Origin: Octopus vulgaris
Taxonomy: Eukaryota
Assembly: GCA_951406725.2 (NCBI GenBank)
Contig: OX597822.1
Location: 109,430,001 to 109,494,000, forward strand
Reading direction: 5' to 3'
DNA: 64,000 nt
The translations under genes and the position numbers were made by a program. The notes under the pieces were generated by a model. That model saw nothing but the letters and a program-made list of their open reading frames with translations, ran no database searches and was not told the origin of the DNA. This document shows, in pieces, positions 24,486 through 39,440 of this stretch; position 1 is the first letter of the stretch; the number at the start of each line of letters is the position of its first letter.

Positions 24486-26196
24486 TGTGTGTGTGTGTGC
24501 TTGCAGTAGTCAAGGATAATTGCTTTAACCGATTATATGAACATATTATATTATTATATCATTATGCGAATTACAAGAAATATTGCTGTAAAGCGATCCT
24601 AATTAACTTGAATTGCATTCTATATTATTGAATCGCTGCTACTTGGAATAATAATATTAGACTTTTTGCTGAGTGGTGAGAAGAGCAGCGATAAGAGAGA
24701 CGTAGTGGTGGCGAACTGTGTCAAAGCGCTTGGATTTGTTAGTATAAGAGAAAAGGTATCACTTCAAAGAGGCTCGCGTGACAGAAGATTACAGCCACAC
24801 CCTAGAAATTATTTTCATTCAAACATTCAAATATACAGTAAGGCAATTAGAATAACGTGAAGTAAAAGAAATGTCAATGTTGATTTGACAGTGACTCGAG
24901 AAAACATCATTTCTTTTTGCACCTGCAAGGGAACAGTCGATGACGCTTGCAGTTGACGTGGGGTATATCCTTCTGCTTTTTATATCCGTAACCTAGCTAA
25001 TTGATATTGGAATTAAAATTGATAGCAGGGCAATAGATCAAAATCGGGCAGCCCGGTAAGTTATGATCCGCCGGTGGCGGATGGATGCATTCAACAGGTC
25101 GGGTGGCCCTTCGGTCCCAGCAACGGGATTCATGCGACACCCCCACCAGGATCGGAAAAATGTAAGAAATACTACGATTGGAAACAAAGAACGAAACTTG
25201 AGGAGAAAATTAAAATAATAGAGTTACTGAATGTTTTGCAAGGTAGTTGACTCTAGGGTGGGAGAGATAAAATGAAATAGTATTACCAAAAATGTCTGCC
25301 GATTTCTAATGAAGTATGAATTTTTCTCGTCAAGCACAGAATGGGCACAAATAGCAGTAAATGTAGATAACGTTGGAAGTTATAGCTGGTATAACAAGTT
25401 CCTTCCAATGAATGCAGTATGTAAAACAAGTACAGCATCTATTTTAAATAAATTTTCGTGATGAAAACAGAAAAAATATAGTTAAGTACCTTAGTATATA
25501 TAAGTTCTTTTTATCAATCATAGGTAACTGATTCAGTATGACTCATGGGCCAAGAGTTTCAAGTAATGTCTAGTTTTTGATAATAACATTTATATATCTG
25601 TTTATCACCACCTAAACGTGGGTGTTCTGTAAGAATATCAATGTATGTATGTATGTATGTATGTATGCATGTATGTATGTATGTATGTATGTATGTATGT
25701 ATGTATGTATGTATGTAGCTATCTATCTATCTATCTATATATATATCTATCTATTTATATGAGTGTCCGCGCGCGCAATGTGTATGATGTACGTACTGAC
25801 ACCTACACAGAAATGTAGATATCGTAGTTCTCCAGATGAAAGTACAAATTTCAAACGGTACTTAAACGAGCAGCATCTTTTACATTATTCATGAGCTTTA
25901 CGACGAAATACGCGTTTATTTTATTTTCATATTTCAACATAAAACGATCAATCAGTTATTTCCTAGTCTAGACACAGTGATGTTAATGCTGTAAGTTTTA
26001 CACGCAAAGCACCTTTGCTGTATCTAAATTAGACAGTTGTAGTATGGAAATGATACACCTACAAATAATGTTCTTATTATAGTGTTAATGTTCATAGATA
26101 CTTTAAACAGCAGTATGTTCTCATGTTATCAGGTTGCACCGTGCTTTTACAGATTTTCGACTTCAACTTTCATTTTAATATATGCACATATTTTGA

Positions 26197-26320
26197 AGGC
26201 AGCAATCTTAGTAGTATTTTATCAGTCTATGTGTTCTTAGTTCGAACTCCACTGAGTTCGACAGTGCATTTTATCCTTTTGGGGTCAATCAAATAAATAG
26301 CAGTTGAACAACGGGGTCGA
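26197..26320 (+). mobile_element. Degenerate SINE family B fragment
   Basis: gttcgaactccactgagttcgac...tccttttggggtcaat...ggggtcga resembles the family B body. Confidence 0.55.
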
Positions 26321-27475
26321 GGAAACTGTGTTTAACCTCTCACTAGAAATTACTACCCTTCTAACACTGCATTTATTTGACATCATACATTTCCACGTGG
26401 CAGACTTGGGTGCAATCAGAAAGGATCTGTTCTTTATCGACTGGACCTTTACTATCAGTTCCACTGACATTAAAACGACATGGCAGTGCTTTGAAGACAT
26501 TGTCCCCATATACATGCTCAAAACCCACTTCTATGAAATCCACTAACACAAAAAGAAACAGGCTCCCGAGGGAAAACAAAGTACTCATAAGGCGCATCAT
26601 AAGACTTAATAAAAAAATCAACCAGTTAAAATTCTCTCTCATGCAACATTTAGATTCAACGACAATGAAAAAGCTGGAGTTGGAAAAACTGCATCTGCAG
26701 AACAACATGCAAACCTCCACTGAAAGTCGAAGAGCTGCAGATGAGCAGTGGGTAATCAAAATAATCAAACAGAACCCAAAAGTATTCTGTTCATAAGCAA
26801 ATAAGCATATCATCGCTGTCACACCCATTGATCGATGACAACGGAGTTCTCCAACAGGTTGCTAAAAATTAGTAGAAATGCTGCAGAAACAATGCTGACC
26901 TGTTTTTAGTGATCCCACTGATATTGACATAAGGGATGTAAACGAAGTCGATCCCCAAGACATAATCATTATTGCTTCAGACATCAAAGCAGCAATAAAT
27001 GAGATCAAAAACCTTTCTGCTGTAGGCCCTAATAGATTCCCCACTACTCTCCTGAAGGAATATACACACCAACTTGCAGTCCCTCTGACTAACCTGTGGA
27101 GAAATTAGTTAGACTCAGGTTACATACCGAAATAGCTGTTATCCCAGTCAGTCATCCGGTTTTCCAACAGGGTAGCAGATGCCTCACAATCAACTAACGC
27201 TCAATCTCAATCACATCCCATATAATTAATGTGTTTCAAAGGGTGGTGAGATCAAGGGCAGCTGGCTTCCTGGAGAGTCACAAACTCCTAAATCCAAACC
27301 AACTTTCGCTGTAGCAGGGACTGTCTAACACAGCTCTTACGCCATATCATTGATATCCTTAAAGCGTTGGGATAAAGTTTGAAATCTGATGTCATATATC
27401 TTGACTTCCGTAAAGCGTTTGTCAAAATTGTCAATTGTGGGAATCCGTGGAAAACTTCTACAGACATTTTAGGAC
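26321..27475 (+). mobile_element. Decayed CR1-group LINE ORF2 fragment
   Basis: IKQNPKVFCS, SAVGPNRFPTTLLKE...LAVPL, N*RSISITS, FRCSRDCLTQLL and DVIYLDFRKAF, with stops. Confidence 0.85.
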
Positions 27476-27785
27476 AGACATGAATGTGACAGAGCGGAAT
27501 ATACGAATAATTTTCCATCATTCTTTTCATCGTTGCTCTTGCAGTTCATAATGTTGTTATTATTACAAAATTTCTAGTTAATTTTAGTTTGACTAAACTT
27601 CTACATTTATGAGTTATCGTGGTTAGCTTTTTGTTAGAATAATGCTCGTTGCTTATTTATATCAATTCTTCACTCGTCTAATGATAGATAAGGGTAAATT
27701 TCGAATCGCAAGTCCTGCATACTTAAAACTTAAACTTCCTGTCGTTTCCTATTTCTGGCTATGGCGTTTACTCTCTCTATATATA

Positions 27786-27999
27786 TATTTCTTTACTGCC
27801 CACAAGGGGCTAAACATAGAGGGGACAAACAAGGGATTAAGTCGATTACATCGACCCCAGTGCGAAACTGGTACTTTATTTATCGACCCCGAAAGGATGA
27901 AAGGCAAAGTCGACCTCAGCGGAATTTGAACTCACAACGTAACGACAGACGAAATACCGCTTAGCATTTCGCCCGGCGCGCTAACGTTTCTGCCAGCTC
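27786..27999 (-). mobile_element. SINE family B, well preserved, with probable TSD
   Basis: Reverse complement of gagctggcagaaacgttagc...gagttcaaattcc...ctttcatcctttcggggtcgataaa...gtgggcagtaaagaaata. ctctctctatat occurs at 27771-27782 and 27999-28010. Confidence 0.9.
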
Positions 28000-30900
28000 T
28001 CTCTCTATATCTACGTATATACATACATGCATACACACACGCACACACACACACACACACATATGCATACTTATAATGAAATATCTATACATGCATATAT
28101 GTGTTAGAACGGTATGTGATCTCAACGAAGCATTGTGCAATGCACTTGTTTAAATTATTTAATGGGCTCTACAATGAAAAGTGAAAGGGTAGGGGCCAAA
28201 TCAGAAGTATTCCTTTTGAATTATTTTCTTTTAAAATTATACCTTTTATTGCAATTTGCCTGGAAGATATTCTACAAATTTAGCGTAATTACGTTTGTAC
28301 ACGTACAAATACGAAGACACAAATACACGCACTCACCCACATACCAACACATGCACGCACACACACACACGCACACACATACACACACGCACACTTACAT
28401 ATATGACGTTATAATTTGCGTTGCATGTTTATTATGTATATGCGGTATGTATGTATTTGTAAACTTTTTATGGGATTATATATATTATATATGTGCAATA
28501 GTACATGTTAACTATATTAAAAACATTTTTCTCTCAAACATTATCCATCAATACTTCGTATCATATATCATAGTAATATTGAACAATACCTCCATAAAAT
28601 CTCTTTATGAAATCGATCGAATGACATTCATCAAAATAAAAAGAGCAAAATGATAATAGTTTGATCTCAATTCCAATTTTGATATTAAAACATGAATATT
28701 ATAAAGTTTTTATAACTTAATATTTATTTATTCTTATATTTGAATGAAAAACTGGAATTTTCAATCTTAATACATTCTGCATTGTATCTCTGAGTGATTT
28801 ATGAAAACCTTTTTGGAAATATGTTTCAGTATTTCATAATAAAAACGACAACGCCCGATTGCCATTGTGCTTTCAAACAGATCATTTTCACAACATTATT
28901 TCACTTACCAAAGCCAAAAACCGTTTCCATCGCATATTAGCAAATACATCAGCATGGTTATCGCTAATTTCCTTTGTAAATTAGATATCCTGCAATTTAT
29001 AAGCCAAATACCCAGTTTCGCGTGATTGCATATTTCTTAATGTAAGATGCTAAATAGCATATCTAATAGCCAGTGCCCGTCTATTATGTTATAAAAGACT
29101 CATGGAATGATTATGATTACACGTGTACCTTTCATTGCTTTGTGCTCAATATCGTTATATTCCGTAAATGTAGTATTTCCCTTTGTAATTACTTTTTATA
29201 AATATAAATAGTCCATCATGATTAAACTTGTACTTGCATTTCAAATTTGGTACTAATTCTATGTATAATAACGGCCCAATACGTTACGGAGACGTAATCA
29301 AACAACGGTTTTCAGATAAGAGTGATGACTCTCTCATCGATTTACTGTGGACAGTCTTAGATAGCAAGATATAATCCAAAATGTAATTTGTTTTATTATC
29401 TGATATCTTTTAAATAAGTTTATTATTGAATGTCATGATTAAATTTAAAAAGTAATCAATACTGAAATTAAGATGCTAAGGTCTGGAAATGGATATTTCT
29501 GGGAAATATGGGTTAAGATATGATCAAAGGCATCCCTAACAATTCTATTATAATTACTAGTAGTACTTTTAATGATAGTTTCACTAAAGCTGTTACGATT
29601 GAAGTTAGCACCATGTATTACTAAAGTTACTACAGTGCAGCATTTGTGAAAGATATTTACACCGATCTGTATATATTTGTCTTAAATAAGCCAAAATACA
29701 CAAACCTAAGAATACGGGAAGATAGAGATATTAGCTAAGGTAAATATTTGAGTTTGCAATTATATCTTACATAATTATGACAATTTTAAAATAATTTACA
29801 AGTCAGTTTAATATACGATTATACATACAGAATTAAAGATATACTTAGTCAAGAGGCGCTTAAGAACACTTTAGTCATAGACACGACGATAACAGTAATG
29901 AAACAGGGCATTCTGAATCCCTATATTACACTCGTTGCGATGGAATTGCAGATAATATTCATTAAAACATCGTATTTAGTTTTTCGCTAACATGAAAGTA
30001 TCTATGTTCGCTGCTAGTCCCAATCGTACACTGAATGAGTAAACAATATATTATAAAATGATCATGTTGGGCTTTTCTGGGACAAGGCTTGAATGAACTC
30101 TGTCCATCATAATGAAAGCAGTATTTATGTTTAAGTCTCATCGGTCTAATTGATAGTAAGCCAATACGTTGCGGGGACGTGACCAAACAGTGTTGCACTA
30201 AACATTAATACTTTTCTCTTTGTTCGATCTGGATTCATGTGAGTTTACAAAGATAAAATACTTATGAACTATGGTGTTGCAAAACGTGAAAGGATTGAAG
30301 TAAAAAATTCGCATTTGTATCTTTCATAAAACTAACTATTCCTACGTGTGACATATACCGTTAACTGTTAAAACAATGATAATTTAAAGAAGACAGTTTA
30401 ACATTACAGTTTTAGGCATAGAATTAAAGGTATACCTCGCCACGGGGCGATTAAGAGCTCTTTAGGAATACAGTCGTCGATAATAGTAATGAAACAGAGC
30501 GTTCTGCTTTTGACAAATAGAGAACATGCTAAAAAGAAATCCGATTTGAAAAGAAATTTACCACCATGAAATGTGTTATAAGTTTCAATAATATATCAAA
30601 TGTAACACGCAAGATTGATTGCGTAGCTACTCAATACTTGATTATAATGACTAAACATAATACTTTGATATGGTGTGGCAATACTGACTATGAGTTCCGT
30701 ACCGAATATACGGATATTATGATGTATTTTTTTTTCCTGCTAAACATCTAAAAATCATACAAGGTTATATGATACTGAATAGCTATGTGCTTTTTATTTG
30801 TGATTAACAAATTCCTAAATACTCATAATATCATTGTCATACTGGGACAGAACAAAATTATGCAAGACGCCCCCCACCCCACACAGCGCCAAAAAAGAAA

Positions 30901-33019
30901 AGAAAAAAGAAAAAATTGCGAAAATGAAAAGTTCAAAGAATCTTCAAGTTAGATGAAACATCTAAAGAATATGATAAATGAAAGCTTTCGGAACACTACG
31001 CTCAGTTCCTATCAAAATATATCAAAGCCATATAACCGCTTTCATTTTTTTCTTTTTCTTTCCCTTTTTTCTTTTTTGTAATTATTAATATCATTATAGA
31101 AGAAAATTCTGTCTTAAATCTTTAGATTTGATGATGGAAAGAAGCCATATTTCCATTCCATTTGCAATTTTCATTGTGCGAGGGCAAAAAAAAAACGCAA
31201 AGCGACTTTTAATAATAAGGAACCTAATAGATGAGCATCGATTTGAGTTGCAGCTTAAAGAAATCATTTTTTGATAATTAATATAATTCCTTTCTGACTT
31301 TTTACAAGAATCATAGTGTGCATGGCATAAAAGAATTAATGCACTTCACCAATGCTAAGATTAATGGAACTGAAAACCGTACGGATATTCTTTGCATATC
31401 ATATATTATACTTGATGCAGTTGCTAACTGCTATTTTAAAATAGTAGTGATGCTTAGCCATATGCAGCATTTTCTTTTAAAGACTACATGAAGATACAGC
31501 CTAGCATTCAATAGAGATAAGCAATATTGTTATTAAATTACATTAGTATGAACTGACATAGACAGGGATCTATTTAATTATATAAGTAATATTGCTTTTT
31601 TGGGAAATACATTTTTTTCCGAATTCACGTATATTATATTAGATTTCAACTGCACATTTTGTTTTCAATTATAATGTGTTTCTCTGTGGCTGTATTTAAT
31701 ATAATTGTAACTTATTACTTCATTGTCCCACAATTTGATAGTAGTGCCTATTCTGATGTGTTGACGATATGCTGTTATGTGGTCGACAAACTACATATGT
31801 TTATGTCTGTGTATATGTTTGTATGTGTTTAATAGAGAATCAGAGAGATGTATGGAAAGTGGTTAGATTATTAACCCACAGTATATAATAGTGTGTCGAA
31901 TAAAAGTCAGGCAATAGTAAATGTAAAAGTATTACCGAAAATGTACAGAGTATTTTAAGCTTTATAAAACAATACCCGTGTTTTGGTAAGCTAACTGACA
32001 AGATACTGTTTCGAGAACAGCAAAATAGACAATGATGTTGTACATCACCAAACATTCAGGTTCTTGATATTTAGTGGTAATGTGTTATGGTGTTGGTTGT
32101 TTTATGCCCCATTACGTATCTGTTTACTGAATATTTAATGATATGAGCGTATTTTCTGTAAAGCTATTGTCTTAGCAAACTCAATTAAACGATCAAACCT
32201 GACAAAGACTAAATAACGGACAAACTCCTGTGGTTTAACAAATGGGCCTACCTGCCCCAGCGAAGCTATGTACAACCTCATTAGACATAAAAATGTACAC
32301 TTATTTACAAATTACCAACAAACATATAAATTCAATCTTTCAGTGAATACCTATAATACACTCGTTGAGATAGAATCGCAGCTAGTGTTCATTAAAAAAT
32401 CATATTTAGTTCATTACGTATATTTATACGTTAAAACGAAAACCTTTATAGTGATAAATGTTCATTTTACACGCCCACCTTTAATTAATTCAGCGCAGAG
32501 AATATTATGAGAGCAGTCTCTAATATTGGTTAAATGAAAAAATTAATAAACAACTCGACTACAATGGTGTCTTAGTATGAACTTTGTTCAATTAAACTAT
32601 AAAGGAGATAGAAATTAACACAGTAAAAAAAAAACATGCCGAATATATTCTTCCATAATACATGAAATATACCTATAAATATATGATGCACGTTTCTAAT
32701 CTTTATATATACACAGTTTCCTGACTCAAATAGATGCAGTTATATTTTCAACGTCAATTTCCCTTGTGGTATATAGTTGCTTACGACATATAGATAACAA
32801 ATGTACAACTTTAATTAGATAAACCGAAAGACTACTATACAGATATCCATGAACCATATAAAAACGTAGGTAATAGTTTCTTAATGAAAATGCATGTTTG
32901 GGGTGGTGCTGTATAGAATGAATATACAAGTGTTTTGTGGCGTGAAAATTACATATATCTTCCTTACCGAAAACTCACTTAATACATATTAGTTTTAGTG
33001 TTTATATTCTAATTATTTT

Positions 33020-33470
33020 ATTCATTGGACTGCGGCTATGCTGGGTCACAGCCTTCATTGGTTATAAACCCAACAAACCTACCCGATCTTGAAGTGACGT
33101 GGTGTATAATCACAGACACAAGACGCATGCACATATGCAAATACACATACACACGCACACACACACATAATAAATATGTATATGCTTCGTTACAAAATTA
33201 GAAAATGGAGAAACATACTTAAATCAATCAAACATCAACCATCAGATGATACCCAAACAATACTTTATTACACCATTACATAACAGTAAAGGCATTATAC
33301 AAAATATATTGGAAATATAATTAGACAAGGAAATAGAAATATAAAATATAAAATATAATATGTAATTATATATATTTATATATATTCGCAAGGCTTTCAT
33401 TAAATGTTAGTCTACCAAATTCACTTACACGTGATTGCTCATCTCGGGGTTACAGTAGAAGATACTTTCT
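33020..33470 (-). mobile_element. Highly degenerate SINE family A remnant, interrupted
   Basis: gactgcggctatgctgg at about 33030 and gtctaccaaattcact...agtagaagatactt at about 33410-33468. Confidence 0.5.
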
Positions 33471-35500
33471 CCGTGTGGTCGATTGTGTGACTGAATCTGG
33501 AATGAGGTGGATTCAAAATAAGATTCTTAAACGCTGCTTCAAAGTTGTGAAGAAAATATATAAAAACATTGCCAATTACGGTGTAGGCTGAATTGAAAAT
33601 AACAATGACTAAAACCATTCGTACTAAACTGAAAATTAAAGACAAAGGGGAAATGGATGTCAGTAGAAATAGTAAGTTTATTTTATTTTCTTCAATTGTG
33701 GCAATGGTCTCCGGAAAATATATTTAACAAGAAAATTTCACTACGCGTATGCACACAAGAAATTACGATAATATGAGCATATTCCTTTCCTAAAACCTTA
33801 TATCTAAAAACCTGTCGCACGTATGACTCCCAGTCTCTTAAAGAACATCGTGAAGAACGACACATGGAAATAACCTGGTATTCTACGCTTTGAAATCATT
33901 ATCAATCTCTCAATGGATTTCGCTGATTACTATTTCATTTTCGTATTTTATTCCACATGCGAAAGACTTTCAATAATGTGAAGCGATATAAATAGTATCG
34001 ACGAATATCTATGCAGTACTTCTTACTAAAAGAAAACGGAATTGGAAATCCCTGACTGTACTAACGGAAATTTATATATACTGGAAATATAGAAATGAGA
34101 TATAATTGCCAAATACCATTTTAACGTAAGGATTTATTTCTCATTCTTCTTTGAATACAAGCTTTACTACGTCCACTGCATACGTATTGTACACTCACTT
34201 TAATACACTCGAGCAAAGAATGTGGATATCTGCAGAAATATCTGAGTATTGCTAATTTGGTAACAGAAGCGTAATCACACTATCAATCACAAACGATGCC
34301 AGGAACGCAGATTGTACATGACAATATGTTTCCAATAATTTTAAGTATCTAACAAAAAATACATTAATATAATGAATGGTGCAAAATTGGTTGCCTAACT
34401 GAACACATTTTCATCAAGATATTAAAGACATGTTTTAAAGAGAGAGCAAATGAAATATTCTTTTATTTTAACAGTATAGACATCAAAAATGCATGATTGA
34501 GTTGAAACGTCAGATTGAAAATGTATCACACAGAGGATTACCAAAACCTCTGAAACCACTTTTATGATCCCAGTAATCACAGAGAATGATTTTTTTTCTA
34601 ATATTGCTTTAGCTTTATGGATTATTCTCTCTTTATAGGCATTTGGCACTATTTTATCCGTAATCATAAATAAGATGGCAAATATTTCAAACTGATAGTT
34701 AGTCGACAAATTTTTTACTATCCGTCTATTTAGGAACTTTGAACGGTAGATTTTACAACGTTTGACAGAGTGGTATCAATAATTCCTGGTGTTCTCCAAC
34801 TCAGACAACCAATTAATATTGAAAGACTTTTAACCTCGCGTCATAATGTAGATATGTCGTAGAAGTTGAAAAATAATTCCTGATAATATGTCTCTATAAC
34901 TGTAAATTCAATAAAAATCCACCAACTTAAGCAGCGATCTATCTATCGGTTTCTTCGAAATTGTAACAGTGATACAGAATCATTCTGCATATCATATTTG
35001 CCTAATAACACATGTTTTATTAATTGCTTGTAACGGCACCAGTATATTATGGTTTTGCAATCATGATATACTAGCAAATATATTAAAAGATTTTTCAGTC
35101 AATATTGAGTCCTTGTTTAGTGTTAGCAGTACTTCGTTTGCTTTTTTTTAAGTTTATCTCTACAATGTTTCTATGCAATTCAATGACAGCACTGCAAGTG
35201 ACGTCATACACGAGTACTCCTATTTAAACAATGCCTCGAAAGATAGAAAAATTAGTAACGGATTTATATGTAGATGTCAAGAACTATTGATCGTTCTTCA
35301 ACACCAAATCTAACCCATTAACTACCCACGAACACGTTACTTTTACTTCAATAGCCTCAAAGCTCAGTGGTCGAGCACTATTATATAGACCAATTTTTTT
35401 ATATTAAACACACTCCTGACACCTGGTACGAAATTATTAAAACCGATGCACTTCTAGCACAAAACAAACACAGTGTTGACTTGCGAATCTTTAATATACA

Positions 35501-35662
35501 GCAGGAGTGGATGTGTGGTAAGTAGCTTGCTTACCAACCACATGGTTCCGGGTTCAGTCCCACTGCGAGGCATCTTGGCCAAGTGTCTTCTGCTATAGCC
35601 TCGGGCCGACCAATGCCTTGTGAGTGGATTTGGTAGTCGGAAACTGAAAGAAGCCTGTCGTA

Positions 35663-35711
<49 letters not shown>

Positions 35712-35931
35712 TTGTGTGTCTGTGTTTCTCCCCCTAGCATTGCTTGACAACCAATGCTGGTGTGTTTATGTCCCCGTAACTTAGCGGTTCGGCAAAAGAG
35801 ACCGATAGAATACGTACTGGGCTTACAAAAGAATAAGTCCCGAGGTCGATTTGCTCGATTTAAGGCGGTGCTCCAGCATGGTCGCAGTCAAATGTCTGAA
35901 ACAAGTAAAAGAGTAAAAGAGTAAAAGAGTA
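35501..35931 (+). mobile_element. SINE family A
   Basis: Near full length, with a (gtaaaaga)n tail. Confidence 0.92.
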
Positions 35932-37106
35932 TACTCCTTAATATAGTATAGTTGCAAAGCAAAATAAGGTGTCCCTACCAGAAGTTAATATGTACTTACC
36001 AGTTGCCAAGGATGTGTTTAATATGTAAATTGGTCTATCCAAAAGTGTTACACAGATAAATATCATGGCTATTTCAGCAATACATTCGTAGACAATTAAA
36101 GGATTAGAAGAAGGGGTAATTACTCCAACGATGTGCATATGCAGCCATTACCTATTTTCCGTCTTCGATCGCATTACTTTCAAAGACGTATTCCTGTACG
36201 AAACATCGGAACATTCAGTGCCGAAACTAAAATCTATAGACAACTGTAGAGAGAAACTTATAATAACACATGATACGAATAAGTTAGTGATGACACGGTT
36301 TAAATATTAAACAACTATTTTCTCCTCCATGGGTGCAATAATGGAATGTAGATTGTAAAAGAAAAGAATGGCAAAATAATTATCTAAAACTAAATTAAAA
36401 CACTCCATCTTGTCTTACATTCATGCCATTTCATTTACTTACAATTACCTTGAAAATATACAATGTCACTGTGATGTAGTTAAATGCGATGTAGATACTA
36501 TATCAGTGGAGACATCTAAACAAGACAGCTGATAGTGGTAGCCTCATATTCTTTTAACACACAAAAAAGACACCTGAAAAATAATATAAAGTATAGGAGG
36601 TATATTCACGAAATAACGGTGCGGAACTACATAGAGAACGATAATTTGTAATGTCAAACGTACAATTATATCAGATCAGTTTTGACTAGTTATCGAAAGA
36701 ACCGCGACAATGCTTGAAGGGCAACAACAATTTTATTGATCTTCCAATTATTCTCATAATTTTGGTACCATTTTATGTGACAGCTACATACATTCAACTG
36801 CGAAATCATTAGCTGTCTTCAAGCTACGCTGTAGTTTGATGTTAAATTTTGAGCACCATCAATCACACATCAAAATCTTTAATTTTGTGCAAGCTAGGAA
36901 AATCCTATAAAAACAAGAAAGTATTATCACGGTTTGGTAGCAATGATGTAGAACACCAAGTTACTATAATACACCTAGTTATTTTTTTCCTATTTGAATG
37001 CCTGGCAACGGAGCTATATATTGTACAGCATAAGCTTTACTAACGAGAACGGTACTATCAAGTCAGTGAATTAAGTGAATAAACGATGCATTTTTTCGTC
37101 ATGAAT

Positions 37107-37169
<63 letters not shown>

Positions 37170-37184
37170 CATAACAAAATACAT

Positions 37185-37401
37185 AAAAAATACAGACAAA
37201 TACATAACAAAAACACCAGGACTTACAAACACATATAACATACAGAAAATTGCACTACTAGGCACTGCACACATCCTACGCAGAACACTTTCCATACAAT
37301 AACCATCAGAGCATCACAACAAATCACAGCACATACCCAAGGCACACAGAGCTGCGCTCGGTAGTGAAGTGAAAGCACGCTATAAAAATAAAACTACTGA
37401 A
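37185..37401 (+). mobile_element. R4/Dong-type 3' end inside (TAA)n
   Basis: Reverse complement of about 18831-19050 (KTPGLTNTYNIQKIALLGTAHILRRTLSIQ* plus UTR). (TAA)n at 37111-37165 and 37401-37460. Confidence 0.9.
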
Positions 37402-37427
37402 TAATAATAATAATAACAACAATAATG

Positions 37428-37462
<35 letters not shown>

Positions 37463-37838
37463 TCAAAACTATATATTTTACATAGGCTATGGTGAAATTA
37501 TTGTTTGTTATACACGTTAAATGCTCTAGAATCACTGTGTAATGGGTGTCAGTTAACATAAAAACTGTGCACACATTTCCTCTTTATTACTTCATCCGTA
37601 ATTTTGTCAAATAATTGTAGTGACTTTGTAATAGATGTGGCTTCATCTTGTGACATGACGAAGTCTCTCAGGTACGCGGTAGGATATATACTTCAAAAAT
37701 ATCAACGCTGGATATTACAGCGTATCAGTTCTGAAGTGTGAATTATATTTAGGGAGGGAATAGTTGAGAGAGCAAATGGGACATATATAATTTTCGATTT
37801 AACACAGATATTATATTGAAATTGTTTATCATTTCTAG

Positions 37839-37906
37839 GTAAACCGCTTTATATCCGGGCACATATACTCATTCGAAGCATGGGTCCTGTCACAGAAATA
37901 GACATG
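37839..37906 (+). CDS. Cys-loop receptor coding exon B (68 nt; beta1-beta2)
   Basis: Acceptor atttctag|gt and donor gacatg|gtaagt. Translates (G)KPLYIRAHILIRSMGPVTEIDM; 'RSMGPV.E.DM' is typical of GABA-A alpha/Grd subunits. A 68-nt phase1-to-phase0 exon is the conserved size and position in GABA-A genes. Confidence 0.93.
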
Positions 37907-38562
37907 GTAAGTAGCTGAACATTTCTTTTCCTTATAATTGCCGTAAATGTTTTGTGCGTGTTTCAGGAGTGAACAATCTGTGTCATACAATATTGAACTT
38001 GAATTAAAAAAGCTTCCATTTTCTTTTTTAATAGTCCTATTAAATGTAGCTGGGTAGGGGATTGTTAGATGTTTAATAGCTAAAATCAGATACCTTCATT
38101 AGAATATTATGTACATAGTGTAAATGTACACGTTGCTATTATGGCAATATGAAAAATAATATTGTTTTTATACAATGAATAGTTTTACTCTTCTCGGATG
38201 TCTTTGGTCTTATACAAAGTAATGAAAATAATATAAAGTTTCAGTGAGAAATATTTTTTACATTAAAATATAATAATATAATACAAATTTCCCATTGTTA
38301 TAACTCTTCTCATAACTACTCTCTTATTTACTCTCACTCCTCCACATTTTCCTCTTCTGTTTTCCTTTTGTTTTTTTCTCTTTTACTTCTGTGAATAGCA
38401 TTCATTTACACATTGACTGCCGCAAAGCCTTGTCTTTGCATTCATCCTTCATTGCTTGTATTAACATTCATTCTACCTATTTTCTATACTCCCTCCCCCT
38501 CCCTCTATATGAAACACAGTGTGTGTGTGGAGAAGTCAACGAAGAAATCATTTATATCGGTT

Positions 38563-38900
38563 GTGTGGTTAAGAAAAACGCTTTGCAAACACAGTTTCGG
38601 GTTCCGTCGTACACCGTGGGAATTTATGCAATTGCTTTATTTCGTAGCAATCAAACCGACCAATGCCTTGTGATTGAATTTTGTAAATACATAAATATGT
38701 ATGTATATAAGTATGTGTATGTGTATATGTATGCTTGCGATTCTTCCCCACGGTTTGTCAGCCGGATTTCCGTTCGTTTGAATTCCCGTGAGACAACAGA
38801 TCGGCTAAGTAAACTATTAGACTAACTACATGACATTCAAAACTAAGTACTTTGGTTGTCTTTGTCAATTTAACCCTTCAGTGGGGTATTACTGCATATA
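38563..38900 (+). mobile_element. Degenerate SINE family A-related copy
   Basis: tgtgtggttaag...cgggttcc...ccgaccaatgccttgtgattgaatttt followed by TA/TG repeats. Confidence 0.5.
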
Positions 38901-38939
38901 TCGGCCCATATTCAGTGTGCCCTAAGTAGATCTACTCCT

Positions 38940-39440
38940 TTATCTCCTCAATCTGTCGCATCCCACATTTTACCGGGCGTCGTCCTATGTATTCTAGCTG
39001 CATACATTTTGCTTTCAGGTGTTTGATTTTAAGACCTATCTGAGCTCTGAGCGTTCAGCTTTGTCAGTATTGTTTGCAACTGGCCTCTGGTTTCAGCAAG
39101 AACAATGCTATCTCCGAATCGGACGTGTGTTAATTGCTCTACATTGATGTTCAGACCGGCTGTGCAGTCGATATCTTTGATGACTATATCTAAACATACA
39201 TTATACAGCTTGAGAGGGATGGTTTTTCCTTGTTTAACCCCACTCTTAATTGCGACGCTTATTCGTGTTAATAACTGAGCTATATCTGCTGATGTATTGC
39301 GCCTCGAAACCTTCAACACTGAGTTCGCCCCGTCGCTATCAACGGCTTTTTCTAAATCAGCAAAAGCTATACACAGACGCTGTCCTACGATCTGTGCTAG
39401 ATTCAAATTGATCTATAGCAGTCTATTTCATACGAAAACC
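38940..39440 (-). mobile_element. Decayed RTE-type RT fragment
   Basis: IAFADLEKAVDS, IKSGVKQGKTIPLKLY and HVRFGDSIV (degenerate FADD). Confidence 0.7.
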
